DNA of 64,000 nt from Octopus vulgaris (Eukaryota): NCBI GenBank assembly GCA_951406725.2, contig OX597832.1, forward strand, positions 69,812,001 through 69,876,000, in the 5' to 3' direction. The notes under the pieces are model-generated. The model did no database searches. It saw only the letters and a program-made list of their open reading frames with translations, and was not told the DNA's origin. This document shows, piece by piece, positions 37,200-50,925 of the stretch (position 1 is the stretch's first letter; each line of letters opens with the position of its first letter). The position numbers and the translations under genes are program-made.

Positions 37200-37271
37200 T
37201 GGCTTTTGAATAATTGTCACATATTATTTTACAGATATATATATACATACTTATATATATATATATACATA

Positions 37272-37336
<65 letters not shown>

Positions 37337-37337
37337 T

Positions 37338-37368
<31 letters not shown>

Positions 37369-37904
37369 GCATACACACAAGCACACAGTCATTAATTAGA
37401 AGATATATACAATTATAGTAATATCTAGTTATAGGCGGCAACAATTTTATTGTCGTGATCAATAAAACAATAGTATTTCCAAATAAAATTTAACTCTACG
37501 ATTTATGTATGCATTAAAGTGTCGAGTTTTATATATCTTTTAAGTGGCTGCGTAAAAAATGAATGTCAAGAGACTGTTGGAGAATGTAATTGATTGAGAT
37601 TTAAATCTGATATCAGATCAGCTCCTTTACATTAATCGGAAATATTATTAAAGATATTAGATATATTAATCATTTTAAATTTATAATTATAAAATTTTTA
37701 AAAATTATTGTTCTAGGACTTTTTGTATTCCTTTACAACGCAGAAGACATATATGTATACATGCACACATACATACATTAAATATATATATATTTATATA
37801 TGTGTGTGTATGTATATATATATGTGTATATATATACAGGCTATATTAAATCTCTGAGCGAGATATAAAGAGTAACAGTACGGAATCGTAACATAAAAAT
37901 GACA

Positions 37905-38298
37905 TCTAAATGTGACGTCCTGTAAAGGACAGTCCTACTGACGTTTATAGCCCCAGGAAGATATCCCTTCCAACTGGCTAACGACACACATTCTGTGTTC
38001 GATTAGTATGTGCAAGGGGAAGTGATGGCTCCCATCTCCAGACGTACGTGATACACACGGACTGGAGTTTCTGGGTGGTTACCCGTCCACAGCGTGTGTT
38101 AATCACCAGTTAGTGATGATAACTCACTTCACTCGCAAAATACTATGTGCTTTTTCCAGCGACATACTGTCGCTGATCTCGAAAAAGGAGAAATAAGCTA
38201 TATTAATACTAATCAGACACAGAATGTCGTTAGCCAGCCGGAAGAAATGTCTTCCTGGGGTCATAAACGTCAGTAGTACTGTTCTGTATAGTACACCA
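37905..38298. mobile_element. Fold-back / MITE-like element
   Basis: ~100-nt imperfect inverted arms (ctactgacgtttat..ccccaggaaga..ctggctaacgaca..ttctgtgt) at ~37905-38010 and ~38205-38298. Confidence 0.7.
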
Positions 38299-38745
38299 CA
38301 CTTTTTTGGCAATCATATATGTTTACAAGTCTTTCTGAACACCAAATGATACAATTTTACTAAGTATAAAAAAGATTTGCTTAAGAAATTATTGCTTTAA
38401 AAAAAGTTGTAAATTGTTTATTAAAACGCCACTAATCTTTTTGCAAGAAGCTTTTTTAAGTGCGTTTGAGCGCTTTCAACGATTATCATTATATATACAT
38501 ATATATATACATTATATATACATATATATATACATTATATATATATACATATATATATACATATATATAATTCCCCCTACATGGCCTTGCTATCTGCTTT
38601 TGAGCCAAATTAACTAACTAACTAACTAACATATATATATATATACTTCTATATATATATGTATATTCATAAATACATATATATATACATGCATATATAT
38701 GTGTTTGTGTTCAAGTGTGTGTGTGCATGTAAGTGTGTGTGTGTT

Positions 38746-38817
<72 letters not shown>

Positions 38818-39104
38818 GGTACCGTATTGGTAAACAGGCTACCATTGTTTTCATGTCAAGAAATATTTCAAGAAGTTTTCAAACTCTTCACACGGAAGAA
38901 TGGTGTTCATCTTGATAATGGATGAAAACGCAAGGTCTCATGAATTCGCAGTAAGTTTCATAAATATAACAATTAATCAAGGGACGCTACTCTAGGATGA
39001 CACATTTTGGTTGGTTAAATCACCTGTATTATATTTTACGAAAACAATTATGTTGAATGTTAAATGTTTTGCACATTATATAATGCTCTGGGTACATGTG
39101 CATG

Positions 39105-39830
39105 TTCATATGTTTGTGTGCTGAGATAATTCGTCATGGGGCGTGTTTCTTCCATTTGTGGAGTACGTGTCTAATAAGTATTGAATTTTAACGTTTAGGT
39201 TAAGTAACTTTCTTTGTGGGGTTAGTGGTGCGGGTGGTGCTTCCTCTTTGAAATGTGTAAGTGAAACATTGCTTGAGTATGCAGGGAGATAATTTTTATC
39301 CCTAATGGTCAGGATGATTTCTGTTGACTGTATGATATTTAATGTTTCAGTGTTACTGAGTTCACATTTGGTATCCCGTCCAACTGTATTTCCTGGCTTT
39401 AGCAATGATGTTTCAAATTATCTAAGGGTTTGCTATTCCTCCTTTGTTTAATGTCCATATTATATTGGACAGTGATGTGTCATGTCTTTTATTTTTGTCC
39501 ATGAATGAAGCCAGGTGCCGTGTGTATCTTTCCTTGAAAGAATTAACCGCCATTCCGATACACGTCTTTGTTACTCTGTTGAGATCCATTTATGGCCTTC
39601 AATATAATTTCTTATTCAAGAAATTTGTCATTTAGAGGGCAGTTAATTGGAGATTTACTGTTACATTGTATTTCTTTTGAGTTATTTTGATGCGGTTGAG
39701 CATTTTTGACCCGTAGCTAAATATAACAGTTTTCGTTGAAACTCTTGTGGTATTTGAGTAAATGTGGGTAGCGATTGTCAATAAATTAAAAAAAATTTCT
39801 ACCAATGTTATTTGTCACATTTATGCTTTA
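39105..39830 (-). mobile_element. Degraded PLE linker and GIY-YIG endonuclease, same group as the 17.3-20.3 kb element
   Basis: Minus strand: NVTNNIGRNF..CNSKSPINCPLNDK..CIGMAVNSFKERYTRHLASF..DTSLSNIIWTL..KCELSNTETLNII. Confidence 0.8.
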
Positions 39831-39988
39831 AGATTACCTGTCCTCAGTGTGTGATGAAAAATCATTTTATGTATGTATGTATGTATGTACGTACGTATGT
39901 ATGTATGTATGTATGTATGTATGTATGTATGTATGTATGTATGTATGTATGTATGTATGTATGTGTGTGTGTATATATGTATGTATGT

Positions 39989-40270
39989 GAAGGTGCGTGG
40001 TCTAGTGGTTAGGGCATTCGTCTAACGATCATAAGGTAGTGAGTTCAATTCTCGGCGACGCTTTGTGTCCTTGAGCAAGACACTTCCTTTAAAGTTGCTC
40101 TAGTCCACTCAGCTGACAAATATGAGTAGTGCCTGTATTTCAAAGGGCCGGCCTTGTCACACTCTGTGTCACTCTGAATCTCCCTGAGAACTTCGTTAAG
40201 ATTGCACGTGTCTGTGGAGTGCTCAACCACCTGCACGTTAATTTCACGAGCAAGCTGTTCCGTTGATCGT
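39989..40270 (+). mobile_element. tRNA-derived SINE family C
   Basis: gcgtggtctagtggttagg (A box), gagttcaattc (B box), core gtgtccttgagcaagacactt. Confidence 0.85.
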
Positions 40271-40799
40271 ATGAGATGGGATTATATGTCTGTCTGTCTG
40301 AATGAATGTATGTATGTAATGTATGCGTGTACCACAACGGTTGTGAGTGTGCACCTATTACATTCAGTTTGAAGTGATTCTCCCTACTATTCAATCTAAC
40401 ACACAGAGCTTCTCAATGTATTTTCGCACGCAGAACTAACTACAATCCTTCACCGCCTTCTCTTTTATCTCTTTCTCTTAATATCACTTTCTGCGATTCT
40501 TCCCTCTATCCTCCCTCTCTCCCCTCTCCAATCTCCCCCTCTCTTCCTCTGCTAGTCAGTCTGTATTCATGCATTTCTCATTCTACACCCTCTTTCGCTC
40601 TTTCCTCAATCAAACGCACACAATCCAATTTCCATCAGCTCCATTCGTGTTCGTTCTTGCCTTTACTAGTTTGACGAAGTAATGTTTCCAAATATTTACT
40701 CACTAAGGTTTCATTCATATTTCAGCAAAGCGAGCGAACAGAAATGTCCTTCCCACATGTCTTTAGTTATTACATTTTTGGAGACTACAGAAAATCCCG

Positions 40800-40846
<47 letters not shown>

Positions 40847-40930
40847 CATATATATATATATATTTACATATATATATATATATTTATATATGTGTGTGTG
40901 TGTGTGTATGTAAATATATGTGCATTTGTA

Positions 40931-40987
<57 letters not shown>

Positions 40988-40994
40988 TTGTGTG

Positions 40995-41390
40995 TGGATA
41001 CCAATTCCTGGATTTTTACACCTACGGATTACTGTTACCATTCTTCCGGAGTACGCCACTGAAATCGTGATTGGAAATAAAAAAAATTTGTCCGTGACTC
41101 TTCCACCTTTTTCCTCGTCCTCTTTTACCTTTCTTCTTCTACTTCCACTTTTCCACTTGTGTCGCCACCACTTACACCTTTCAAAATGTGACCGCGTGTG
41201 TACCGTTGGCGATTATTTTTCCTCTGTCTTCCCTTCTCTGGATCTTTCCTTCTCCTATGTTTCCTGATGAAGAGCTCCGCTCGAAACGTTAGACCCTCCT
41301 TCTTTCCTTCTTTCCTGAGCGTCCAATAATACTATATTTGTTCCACGTCCTCGCGTTGTTGTGTTTTTGTGTGCTTTCTTGTTTGGATTA

Positions 41391-41395
<5 letters not shown>
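40995..41395 (+). mobile_element. PLE 3' terminus (solo pseudo-LTR) in microsatellite
   Basis: Pyrimidine-rich segment containing a minimal HHR and ending directly in (TA)n. Confidence 0.65.
41259..41294 (+). ncRNA. Minimal type-I hammerhead ribozyme
   Basis: GUUUC CUGAUGA A GAGC-UCC-GCUC GAAA CG UU AGAC: canonical core, palindromic ACGU stem III typical of PLE minimal HHRs. Confidence 0.8.
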
Positions 41396-41464
<69 letters not shown>

Positions 41465-41489
41465 TGTATGTATGTATATATATATGTAT

Positions 41490-42030
41490 TATGTCAGGTC
41501 AATTTCGAGTGCTACTGGTAACATGTAACCCAGTACAAACTGTAGCATGTTCGGGTCGTCGACGACTAAACTAGCAACCCCACCGAGCTTGCTTGGTGAG
41601 GAGGGTGTTTATTGGACACCCTGCGGGATGAAAAACAATACTTTTGAGAGTCAACGGCCATCCAATAAATGTCTTAAGGCTGTATCATGCGCGGAGACAT
41701 AGAAATAATCGGACTGAATACCCGATCGCGCGGTTAAACCATTGGGTGTGAAGGACTCCAAGCCTTTGTTAGGGCATCCTTCTTGGAGAAGATAACTCAG
41801 GTAACCGGGATAACTCCGACATAAAACCTGCAGCTCAGTGGGTACCGGTGATGTTGACTTGTTCTTCTTTTCGGATTATGGCTGCTGTTGCTTAGTGAGT
41901 GAGATTGACTCAGTGCACAGCCTTTCTTCACTTAAAAAAAAAATCTTCTTGCACAGGCATTGCACGATAACTACATTGATGAAGTTTCGTGCAATGGCCA
42001 TACTCGATAACGAGGGGGAAGCCACCATAT
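41490..42030 (+). mobile_element. Non-autonomous RTE-derived element (5'UTR-like part fused to RTE 3' end)
   Basis: 3' end gcaatggccatactcgataacgagggggaagccaccat resembles the RTE 3' end at 52987-53025; internal gggcatcc..ggagaagataactc..aaacc motif resembles RTE 5'UTRs; no credible ORF. Confidence 0.6.
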
Positions 42031-42045
42031 ATATGTATATATATG

Positions 42046-42105
<60 letters not shown>

Positions 42106-42366
42106 GTTATATTATATTATATTATATTATATATATATATACACGAATGGGTGGGGAGGCGACAGAAAAAGGCACTCAATACATTCAATAAGAGTTACAT
42201 ATATTACTCTTTAAAACCGTCTGATTCGGTTCCATGCGAAATAAACTTTCGCGCGTTTCTACATAACACCTGCAGTTATTGTGACCCTGGACGAACCAGG
42301 TTACTGTAAGAAGCTAGCGATACCTCAATTTCTATGGAGCCGAAGCAACGTGTTTAGATGCTGCTG

Positions 42367-42414
<48 letters not shown>

Positions 42415-42487
42415 TTACTATTATTACTACTACCACCACTACTATCACTGCTGCTACTATACTACTACTACTTTAGATAGCAACAGA

Positions 42488-42532
<45 letters not shown>

Positions 42533-42538
<6 letters not shown>

Positions 42539-42741
42539 CCTAGGATGGTATATATGAACATTTAATGCATCGCTACCCGTGTTTCTAGAAATTACTTTAA
42601 TTCTGAGACGATTACAGTGCATTCTGTAGTGTCGGTGGACACTGGCTGATGATCATCATTGACTCATTTATTCAGGCGATATAACATTAATGGATGTTCA
42701 ACAGAGGGATGTTTTTCTCTTTTCACCATCCTAGGATTATT
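42533..42741. repeat. Short imperfect fold-back
   Basis: aataatcctaggatggt is inverted with accatcctaggattatt, plus weaker inner complementarity. Confidence 0.5.
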
Positions 42742-42888
42742 GTTCTTATTATTACGTTTATCCTATATTATATCGGTATATCTTCATGCAACTCCGAAAG
42801 ACTTGTTCAATAATCAACATCAACGGCAATAATCAACGGCGGAATGCAATACGAGAATCATTTGCATATCCAAAACGTTACAATAAAC

Positions 42889-42933
<45 letters not shown>

Positions 42934-43050
42934 TTTATTGTGTATATATTATTTTTATTGTGTATATATATATATATATCGTGAAGTATATTTGCCACTG
43001 AAATGTGGCTAACCCTTAAGGGTTATACCTCGCTCAGAGATTTATTATTG

Positions 43051-43108
<58 letters not shown>

Positions 43109-43109
<1 letters not shown>

Positions 43110-44399
43110 GAGGGGCGTTCAATAAGTAATGCCCCTGACCCACTTCCTATAGCAGTAGAGCAACGAATCTTGGCATAGTTATTAGTCTTTTTCTACATAG
43201 GAACCACCCAGAGTTACGCATTTCTACCATCATTTGATGCAGCTCTGGAGACCGTTTTTGTAGAAGACTCCAGCTTGGTCCTCCAACCTGAACGTGACTT
43301 CATAAATCAAGGCTGCATCATCTGGGAAACGCTTTCCTTTCAAAAACAACTTCATGGCTGGGAAGAGGTGAAAATCAGAGGGTGCAAGGTCAGGAAAGTA
43401 GGGGAGATAGGGGAGGAGTTCATAGCCATACGCCTGTGCTTCTGATCTGGCGACAAGCGAGTTGTGGACCGGAGCGTTGTCCTGCAGGAGGAGGATGCCT
43501 TTGCTGATCTTGCCCCGCCTCTTGATTTTGATAACTTCTCTAATTTCCTCAAAAGTGAAGCATAATAGGCTCCTGTAATTGTGATACCCTTTGCCAGGAA
43601 ATCTGTCATCACTACTCCGTCCTGGTCCCAGAAGACTGTGAGCTTGACCTTGCCAGCGGAGGGCTGCACCCTTGCCTTCTTTGGAGGGGGTGAGTCACGG
43701 TGCTTCCACTGCATTGACTGGGCTTTGGTCTCTGGATCATCGGGATGGACCCAGGTTTCATCCTGTGTAATCAGTCTTTTGAAAAATTTTGACTCATCTT
43801 CTTGGCACATCTCCAAATTCACCCTCGAGCACTCGACGCGTTCTTGCTTCTGGAAAGGCGTGAGCAACCTGGGAATCCATCTGGCAGACACCTTTTGCAT
43901 ATGCAAATGGTCATGAATGATAGTTTCCACAGACCTGGTACTAATCTTGACCTCATGGGCTATTTGGCGAATAATTATGCGTCGATCTTCCAAAATGGTA
44001 GCCTCAACTTGACGGACAGATGCCTCATCAATGGCAGAAGGGGGCGACCGGATCTGGGAGCTGTTTTCACAGAGTTCCGACCATGTTTGAATTCACGTTG
44101 CCAGCGTTTTACAAGGTCATATGATGGGGCATCATCACCATAAGTTACTTTCATTTCATCAAAAGTCTCCCGTGGTGTGCGTCCTTTCAAATACAAAAAC
44201 CGGATCACCGCTCGACACTCAACAGGCTCCATCTCACACTTGACTCAGTTCAAACACCTGTAAATCAGAAACCACAATTAGTTCAGAGCTGTAATTTGTC
44301 ACTTAATCTATAGAGATATAAATGATTGCACATGCAAAATTTCAGCTAGCTCAAACAACTGCAAATGGGTCAGAGGCATTACTTATTGAACGTCCCTCG
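43109..44399 (-). mobile_element. Full-length mariner (DD34D) transposon, frameshifted transposase
   Basis: TIRs cgaggggcgttcaataagtaatgcccctgaccca / tgggtcagaggcattacttattgaacgtccctcg with TA on both sides; MEPVECRAVIRFL, ARWIPRLL, TQDETWVH, QDNAPVH-(34)-PDLAPSDFHLF; at least two frameshifts. Confidence 0.96.
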
Positions 44400-44418
44400 T
44401 ATATATATATATACACAC

Positions 44419-44797
44419 ACTAGCAGTATCGCCCGGCGTTGCTCAGGTTTGTAAGGGAAATAACTATAAAGCATTTTTAGAGAGTTATAGCCAAAAAATA
44501 GCAAAAAATGGAAAAAAATGATGGTAAATTTTTTTGAGAGTAAAAAAAGGTGGAGTTGCGTCCCCTAGACAGTTTGCGGTTTGTGTTTCTGATTCTCGAC
44601 CCCATGTCGAATTTATCGATTTCTTTCAGAACTGGGGGAACTTTTCAAAATTTTCGCTGCGTTAGTTTTGAATTATGACATTGGGCTATGTGTGCGTTAA
44701 GTTTCATCAGAATCGGTTGAAAGCCGTGGTCAGGGTGAGGGTACAAGCAAACAGACACACAGAAACACGCACAGACAAACTGCCTTTTATATATAGA
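44419..44797 (+). mobile_element. Non-autonomous Helitron/Helentron-like element
   Basis: Starts actagcagtatcgcccggcgttgctc.gg; ends aagtttcatcagaatcgg...acagacaaactgccttttatatatagag, the layout of DINE-1/HINE-like rolling-circle derivatives. Confidence 0.55.
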
Positions 44798-44802
44798 GAG
44801 AT

Positions 44803-44881
<79 letters not shown>

Positions 44882-44989
44882 CATACACGTGCGCACGCAC
44901 ACACACAGACACATATGATGGCTTGAAGATGTTTTGCATGCAAAAACCATTTACCCAGATCAATCTCGGAGCTCTACAAAATGTACCGT

Positions 44990-45395
44990 CTGGGAGTACT
45001 AAGAGAATACAAAATGTTGTGACAAAAGGCCAGAACACCTGACCCAGGACAATACACTAGTCCATAATTTCCTCCCTGTCGGCAATTACTTGACAGAGAC
45101 GGGCATGAAAATTGTCCCTCACTTTCCCTACAGTCCCCAAGATCAATGAGAACCCCACGATGGTCGTTTTAAAGACTTTAAGGCACTTATAACTGTTCTA
45201 CAAAAATAAATTAATTACACATTTGAGAAGATGTAGATTGTGAGAAGGGTTTAGGCCGATTTCACGTAAGAGCAACAATAACTGCATTGAATTCAGAGAA
45301 CCCTACTTTGAAGGAGATTAGAGTTTGGTACAACTTTGATATTAATAAATGTCTCTCCTCAGAAATGTCTGAAACGTGTTCTGGAACGCACCTTT
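44990..45395 (+). mobile_element. Degraded mariner transposase 3' remnant
   Basis: QDNTLVHNFLPVGNYLTETGMKIVPHFPYSP matches mariner HQDNA..HPPYSPDL. Confidence 0.7.
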
Positions 45396-45423
45396 TATAT
45401 ACATACATACATACATACATACA

Positions 45424-45457
<34 letters not shown>

Positions 45458-45488
45458 CATACATACATACATACATATATACATACAT

Positions 45489-45550
<62 letters not shown>

Positions 45551-46075
45551 ATGTATGTATATATATATATATATATATATATGAGTTTCCGTGCGTGTAT
45601 ATATATATATCTTATATACGATACAAACACGCATACTGTCAGTCACATGAACCTATACATATTTACGTTTTGAGTGTAAATATACAGGCAATGATATTAG
45701 CAAGTTTTTCCCGGCCAATGTCTTCTAAACTATTATTTTACCTGCCGTAGTTTACAGTTGTATTCTCTTCGAGATACACCATTATATCATTTCATACACA
45801 AGTGTGTAGATAGATAAGAAGGTGGGTGTGTAGGTAGACATGTATTAACCTGTATATGTACAACTCAGAATATGATAACTTGAAGAAGACATAGAGTGTC
45901 ACAACCATTAGGCTAGGATGGTGTTGTCCACAATACTTTAGGCAATATGGTGCACTGCGTGATGTGGGTCGCGTGTATATCAACATATCAAAATATATGT
46001 AAACATACCAATATTAATTCCATAAAAGCCACTATAATCACACTCACACGTGCACGCACAGAGATTAACACGGCG

Positions 46076-46186
<111 letters not shown>

Positions 46187-46450
46187 TATGCATATAGTAA
46201 TATATATTCAATAATAGATTTTATATATATATTGTTCTTTTGTTTTTTGTTTTTTGTTATCCCTATATTCGTTCATTCTTTCTAACTTCATACCCGTTCT
46301 CATTCTCTCGGTCTTACCATTGTTTGTGCCATTCTTTTCCTTTTCCCTTTTCTATATTTCGTTTCTGTGTTTTATTACGTATGCTGGAATACTGGAGACA
46401 CTTTACTACTTTATGTGAAGTGCTAATATGCAGAGTAACGAAAAGAAGAA

Positions 46451-46512
<62 letters not shown>

Positions 46513-46602
46513 TACATATATATGTATATGTATGCATGAATATATGTATATGTATGTATGAATGTGTATATCTATCTATCTATCTATCTATATATATGTG
46601 TG

Positions 46603-46635
<33 letters not shown>

Positions 46636-46758
46636 ATACATACATACATACACATAGAGATATATCAAATATATAGCATTATATAACAAGGACCACCGAA
46701 GATATTATCTCAGCTACATGTATAATATGTATATATGTCTAAATATGTAGCTAGATAG

Positions 46759-46843
<85 letters not shown>

Positions 46844-47084
46844 TAGTTATTGTTAGAACAGAGGATACTCACGACTAATATATATATGTATGAACACATA
46901 ATTCAAAAGTATCAATGTGAAGAAGACAAGGTATATATTTAATATGCATTTTTAAACATTTTTATAAATAAGCACGTATACGCACACACACACATTCTAT
47001 ATGTATGTATGTATGTATGTATGTATGCATGTATGTATGTATATGCATATATATATGTATATATATATATACATACATATAATG

Positions 47085-47140
<56 letters not shown>

Positions 47141-47199
47141 TGTTATTGTTATAAGCTTTTAGAATATATTCACCGCCTTAAACTAATTTGGAGCTCTAT

Positions 47200-47385
47200 A
47201 TAATAGTTGGAGATTTCCTCTCTGCCAACAACACACACACATATATAAATATATATATGCATATATATATAAATGCATATATATACATATATATATATAT
47301 GCATATATATATATATATGCATATATATATATTTATATATGTGTGTGTGTTGTAGGAAGAGAGGAAATCTCCAACTATTATATAT
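47200..47385. repeat. Short fold-back with microsatellite spacer
   Basis: taatagttggagatttcctctct..caacacacacac is inverted with gtgtgtgtgttg..agagaggaaatctccaactatta. Confidence 0.7.
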
Positions 47386-47909
47386 ATATATACATATATA
47401 TACAATTATATGTATATATATCCATGCATGACATATGTAGATAGATAATATACCTACAATGTGTTTTACACATACATAAATATTATATATATATATATAA
47501 ACACACACTTACACACACATACACACAGACACACATGCACACATATCCTGAGACAGATAGATGCGTTGTAGATAGGTAGACGTAGATGTTCATGAGTATG
47601 TGAATATTGGTGTGTGCGTATGTGTTCTAAAGCAACACGGAAATGCTTTTAGCACCGAATTTTACTGCGTACAAACAAAGACTGGAATAAAATTTTCGAC
47701 ATTTCCTTCGTTCAGCTTTTCTCCGAAACATCAACAGAGAAAACCAAGATAAGCGCAGAGTGGAAATCAACACATTCTTTATTTGTATTGTGCTTTATTC
47801 CTGCCATAATCAACACTACTACTATTGTTGTTGCTGTTTTTGTTATTATTATTATTATTATTATCATTATTATTATTATTATTATTATTATTACAACTGT
47901 TTTTATCAA

Positions 47910-47942
<33 letters not shown>

Positions 47943-47952
47943 CAGCAGCAGC

Positions 47953-47993
<41 letters not shown>

Positions 47994-47996
47994 CAG

Positions 47997-48076
<80 letters not shown>

Positions 48077-48735
48077 TTGATGGTGGTGGTAGTAGATGTG
48101 TCTATTTTAGTTGGTGTATTTTGTCTCGCGTTTCAATGACAATATTTACAAGAATACAAAAATGTTGAACGCTGTTTCTAGCATTTCTGGAAAGCAAGAA
48201 AGAATAGGAAGAATACAAAATACTGACGTCGTAAATCACCTTTTTTTTATAGTCAACCAGGAAATTCAAATGTTTAAGATTTCTTGTGTTTTGTTTTGAA
48301 TTTAAAAATTTTTAAGCGGCAGTAAAGTCTAGAGACCTGGTGTCGGAATATTGAAAAGAAGTATTTGACCTTATCATACACGGCATGTGGTCTGCTTGAT
48401 CTATACATACAAATTTGACATGGTCGATTCTTTCTTGTCTTGAGATTCACGGTCAAACGGCTGGGTGGAATTGCGCGAAAAATTACACGGATGTGTAGAA
48501 TGATTCGGTGGTGATGCTGGGCCTTGTATTTTTTCATAGCTCCCATAGTTACCGAGATAATCTACTATAATAATACTCTTGTGTTTATGAATGAGAAAAG
48601 AAGGGGTGATAGATGAATAAGGAAGGAAGGGGCGAGCCTTTCAAGTGTGTGTGTATATATGCGTGTGTATGTAAAAGGGAGGTATGTGAATGTGTGTGTG
48701 TATGTGCGCGTGTGTGTGTGTTTGTGCTTGTGTCT

Positions 48736-49035
48736 TAATTTATCGACCCCAAAAGGAGGAAAGGCAAAGTCGACCTCGGCAGAATTTGAACTCAGAACGT
48801 AAAGACAGACGAAATACTTATTTCTTTACTACCCATAAGGGGCTAAACACAGAGAGGACAAACAAGGGCAGACAAACGGATTAAATCTATTATATCGACT
48901 CCGGTGCGTAACTGGTACTTATTTAATCGACCCCGAAAGGATGAAAGGCAAAGTCGACCTCGGCGGAATTTGAACTCAGAACGTAGCGGCAGACGAAATA
49001 CCGCTAAGCATCTGCCCCCCCCTCCCCGGCGTGCT
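48736..49035 (-). mobile_element. SINE family A, full copy plus adjacent partial copy
   Basis: tcgacccc.aaagga.gaaaggcaaagtcgacctcggc.gaatttgaactcagaacg occurs twice. Confidence 0.88.
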
Positions 49036-49876
49036 AATTTTAGTGGATACAATATTAGGCTAATAAAAGTCTCGACTCCAAAACAATTTTAATAACCTCC
49101 CTTTTGTTATGCACGTATTGTCATTTACGCTCTGAGTTCAATACCAGTCCAGAACAACTTTGGTTATTTTCCTGTCGAGGTCGATAAAATAAGATACCCG
49201 TAGCATATTGAAGATGAGGTTATCGACTAGTTTTTCGTCCTGCAAAATTACTGGCCTTGCAACAGTACCAGAAGCCATTGTTATAAATTTTTGTTCACGT
49301 TTACGAATGTTAAATGTGTATTCTACTATTAATATCAGCTTCAAATTTTGGCACACGGCCAGCAATTTCGATTAGATCAACCCCAGTACAGATCTGGTAT
49401 TTATTTCAATAAACATATTCAAGGTGTGTTTTGCATAATGAACTGTCGGAAATCTCCTTCTTTTTACTCAGTTGAGCATTTCTCGCTTCTTAACACACAC
49501 ACACACTCACACGCACACACTCTCTCCTCACACACTCACACACATACACTCACACAAACACACACAAATACACACAATTTCATACATTTTTATATTTTAG
49601 GCTACTTTTCACTTTTCCTCTCGTTACTCCAACGATTCACAGGATGATACAATAGATATCGTTCGTGACGAATTCATTTATGAGCTAAGACATAAATTGA
49701 TACACACACACATACATATTTACATAAATACACATACATGTTTATATATGTATAAGTATATAGATATGTATATATATGCGTTTTAAGCGTTTATGTGTTT
49801 ATAACTATATGCACATATGTATGTATTTATGAATATGTATGTATGCATGCATTAACATATATATGTAAATATATAA

Positions 49877-49934
<58 letters not shown>

Positions 49935-49959
49935 AATATGGCTGTCTGTATGTATATAA

Positions 49960-50002
<43 letters not shown>

Positions 50003-50477
50003 CACAAGTATATGTATATTGGCGCTTTGCTTCTTTCATGGTGAATGTATATTTTGTTATCATTAACGTTCTCGAGATATCTGCCAGTATAAGAGTCGAA
50101 TACAAAACAGGTCAGGTGATATGTTGGGTTTTTATTTCTTTCTCCATAACGTCGTTTTATATTTAGTATGTATTTTGTGTATTAGATTTGATTTTCAAAT
50201 AAACTGATGATACTGATTGAAAGAGATCTTGCGTGATTACTTCCTCTGCTTCAAATTACGCTATGTCAATCTGATACATTTGATAATTCATGAAACGAAA
50301 ATATTTATACACCGGCCTGGCGAAATAGATTTCCATTTCTAGTGTTCGCCATCGGAAATCGTATCATTGTTAACTCCTCAGCAGTGACAGTCGACTAAGT
50401 TATTTCCAGAAATATTTCACAAATTAATAAATGAATGTTATCGTTAATGCGCATTGTATATGCGAGCGTATTAGATA

Positions 50478-50925
50478 TACACAGACATGCAGGAAGTAAA
50501 TAGACACCTTTAATTTTCAAAATTTCTGATCTAAGCGTCTTAACATGTTTTCAGCGGTGTAGAATTTACAATGCAATTATTCTTTTTCATTCCAGATGCC
50601 ATTATATTAAACATTTTCGAAGAGTAACCATGCCGCGCACAAAAATTCGGCACAACTGTCAGATTTTCAAAGAGAACTTAGCCAGCGAAACATTGCCGAA
50701 AATCTTCAAATTCGTCTTGCTCCTGTTAATAGAATTATAGTGCAATTCAAAAGCCAAGGAAAAAAAATCAACAGAATCTCGTCCCGACCGACGTGGGCCC
50801 TCGGAAAGGAAGCTTCGCTGTTTGAAAAGAATTGTGAAAAACGAACCCCGTTCGAAGGCTTCTGACATTGCAAAACAGCTAGAAGTTAGTCCAAGAATGT
50901 GTGTTACATATCTGCATAAGCTTAT
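50478..50925 (+). mobile_element. Tc1-like transposon 5' remnant (HTH region)
   Basis: QLSDFQR..SQRNIAENLQI...VNRIIVQFK..SRPDR..RIVKNEPR.KASDIAKQL..YLHKL. Confidence 0.7.

Larger units (their letters stand above)
36405..37228. mobile_element. PLE-type fold-back in (TA)n
   Basis: Highly similar inverted arms ~36482-36770 and ~36905-37228; unpaired tail 36405-36481; HHR-like motif in both arms. Confidence 0.82.

Noticed and set aside
39100-39140. HHR-like remnant downstream of the minus-strand PLE endonuclease
   Set aside because: Core reads AUGACGA..CAAACAUAUGAA with no stem II; too degenerate to call
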